From Toensbergia leucococca (lineage: Eukaryota), in the NCBI GenBank assembly GCA_022813965.1, contig JALDZS010000029.1:1-64000 (forward strand): 64,000 nt of DNA, read 5' to 3'. Shown here in pieces: positions 61,463 to 64,000 of the stretch. The position numbers and the translations under genes are program-made. Below the pieces are notes generated by a model that was given only the letters and a program-made list of their open reading frames with translations, was not told the origin of the DNA and did no database searches. Numbering within the stretch: the first letter of the stretch is position 1; every line of letters starts with the position of its first letter.

Positions 61463-64000
61463 CTATAAAGTATTCATCGGTTGTCTGTCGATTCGCTCGA
61501 GTCGGATACTGACTGCTCTTCTGTGAGCTTCGAGTTGCTCCACTTTGGCCAGTTGCATCACCGCGTCACTGACGTTTTTCAAGCCTGCTTTTGTGAGGCT
61601 CGAACTAGTGATGTGCTTTGTAAAGGACGATAAATTGACACCAGAGTACTGCTTGGCGTATCCATATGTTGCTAGCATAACAGCTAATTAGCAACCTCGC
61701 CCTGATGTTGCAATTGATGACTTACGAAGAGCATGGTTGACTCCAGCAGAGTAGTCCCCAACACTTTCTGGAGTCCATGGCCCTATAAACACACTGCCTG
61801 CATTTTCTACCAGGTCAACCAATGCCTCGGCATTCTCGACTTGAAGGATCAGATGTTCTGGTGCATACTGATTACTCAGTACCATCGCTTCGCTGATGTC
61901 CTCGACTAACAAAGTCACCGAGTGCTCAATTGCTCCCCTCACGATATCCAATCTCGGCAGAGCATTAGCTTGTACATGCACCTCGTCCTCAATCGCTGCC
62001 AGCTCTGTCTCAGTCAGGTCCACAGCGATTAGCACAACTTGTGAGTCGGTACCATGCTCAGCCTGACTCAAGAGATCTGATGCCACGAACGATGGGTCTG
62101 CTGTCTTGTCTGCAATCACTAGCACCTCACTCGGCCCGGCAGGCATATCGATGCTGACTCCTGCCGTAGTGTCGTTCGACACTAGCATCTTTGCCGCCGT
62201 GACGAACTGATTTCCAGGCCCGAGGATTTTGTCAACCTTGGTAACGCTGCTAGTCCCATATGCCATTGCTGCAACGGCTTGAGCACCACCTGCCAATACG
62301 ATACTCTCTGCTCCAACTTTATGAGCTACGTAAATAATTTCAGGTGTAATCGTACCGTCGCTTCGAGGAGGCGAAGCAATAACGATATTCTTACAACCTG
62401 CCACCATTGCCGGTACTCCCAACATCAAGGCTGTCGACGGCAGGACGGCAGTCCCTCCGGGCACGTAAAGGCCTACTCGCTCGATAGCTCGAGAAAAGCG
62501 CGAACACATAACACCAGGCATTGTTTCAACTCGTAAAGGTTTGTCGTCCTGCTGTGCCGCATGAAAACGACGAATGTTTTCAAAGCTAACGTCGATGGCC
62601 TCGATGGTTTCCGGAGGCAGCTGCATTAAGTTTTCATGGAATGGCGCACGGAGAACCGGTGTTTTCAATGAAATGGCTTTTTCGAATTTGTGTGTATATT
62701 CAAGAAGCGCAACGTCACCGCGATCGCGAACGTCGCTCACAATTGGAATTACGACGTTCATAATATCATCAGTGGATCTTTGTGATGGGCGTTGAAGTGC
62801 GTCTAGAATAGTTCTCGGGTCTGCCTCTTTGATGTCATATCTTCTCATCTGGACCTTTCCACCACGAATACCGGCAAGATCCTGGCTACTTTTGGGTATT
62901 GAAGCTGCTTCTTTGATGTTCTCCTGCTTCTGATCTTCGTTCTCTGGTCTCTCAGACCCGTTGGTAGTACCTCTCAAACCAACCTTTTGAGCCCAGTGTG
63001 CCTTAGCGTTGCCTTTTCTTCTCGTTGCTTTCGAGCTTTTCCGGTCAAGGCTATGTTCAATGTCCTCTAGGCTTACCCCAGCGGCAACGCACTTTGTCAG
63101 AGCGAAATAAAACAGGTCTGCGGCTTCAGCTGCAATGTCCTCAGGACTCTCCGCCTCGCATAACTCGCTCGCTTCTTCCATGATCTTCGCTTCGAGTAAT
63201 TTAGGATTATTGAACAGCCTAGCAGTATATGATCCGGTAGGAGCTGATACTTTGCGGGTCTTGAGGGTTTGTTCAAGACGTGATAAACCGGCGTAGGGGC
63301 CGAAGCATGTTGAAGTCTTCAGATGGCAAAACCCTGGACTATGTTAGTATATTAGTCGTCATTAAACGGATTGGTTCGAGCTACCGATTCCTTTCTGCCG
63401 GACAGTAAACTTTAAAGCATCAGCATCGCAATCCCAGCCAACACTGATCAATTCTTGGATATCTCCACTTTCTGCGCCCTTGATCCATAATCCGTTTCGG
63501 GAACGGCTATGGTAGACCCCACGTCCAGTCTGCAAAGCTGTTTCCACGCTCTTATCATTGCTGTAGACCAACCCTAAGCAGACACCATGCTCATTCGTAA
63601 CAATGGTAGGATACAGACCGTCAGGTCTGTCGCTACGGACCGCCATCGTGATCAGAAGCCATGCTGGTATAAGATTGGGGTTTTTTTCCGGCTCAACGGT
63701 GAGAGCACTCGCGGGAACAATGGGAACATGACCGCCTGAAATGGCTTTGATATAGTAATCCTGAGTGTTACGCGCTAACGTGACATATCGAGTAGGATGT
63801 CCCCCATGGCGGTCATGTTCTTGCATTGTGTCCAATAACTTCCATTCATGAACGTCATGGACTTGGATACCCACAGGAGTATTGCCGACAATGTTCATTA
63901 GGTCCTCCTTGATCTCTTTCGCAGCAGTAGCTGGGTCACCAATACAGACGGAATGGTCAAGAGAAACGATGAAACGACCCAAGTCCTCAACAATCGCCTC
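61463..64000 (-). CDS. HIS4: Trifunctional histidine biosynthesis protein (PRA-CH, PRA-PH, histidinol dehydrogenase); 5' end outside the window
   Basis: GVYHSRSRNGLWIKGAESG, DCDADAL, GSYTARLF, EAADLFYF, YVPGGTA, GPGNQFV, DMPAGPSE, DLLSQAEHG, ESVGDYSAGVNH. Confidence 0.97.

Overview
Filamentous ascomycete (Pezizomycotina) nuclear DNA in two sharply separated halves. Positions 1-~26,750 are a very AT-rich block of transposon relics mutated C>T/G>A in RIP fashion. The block holds (i) the 3' part of a Ty3/Gypsy chromovirus pol; (ii) a 225-bp solo LTR with a perfect TSD; (iii) a ~6.9-kb Gypsy chromovirus (10065-25658) into which a younger copy of the same family (18020-24961) has inserted; and (iv) two small pol-less LTR elements (6061-8742 and 15246-16998). 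The two small elements have different LTRs but share a tRNA-type PBS and a homologous C2H2 zinc-finger plus Ser/Thr-rich ORF. They are the best candidate here for an undescribed system. Positions ~26,750-64,000 are a compact, intron-containing housekeeping region: xanA, a sterol-glucosyltransferase-like GT1 gene, SWD1, RPB1, THG1, an FN3-domain gene, PAH1, TAF9, CMC1, UTP11, an HSD17B10-like SDR, SDH4, MAS1 and a 5'-truncated HIS4. Other signals: a Tf1-type self-priming site and a -1 frameshift hairpin in the Gypsy family, a mutation bias that is not CpA-specific, three CGG-N6-CCG sites upstream of xanA, a probable GG splice donor in THG1 and many AAG acceptors. All calls come from reading the sequence by eye; no searches or alignments were run.
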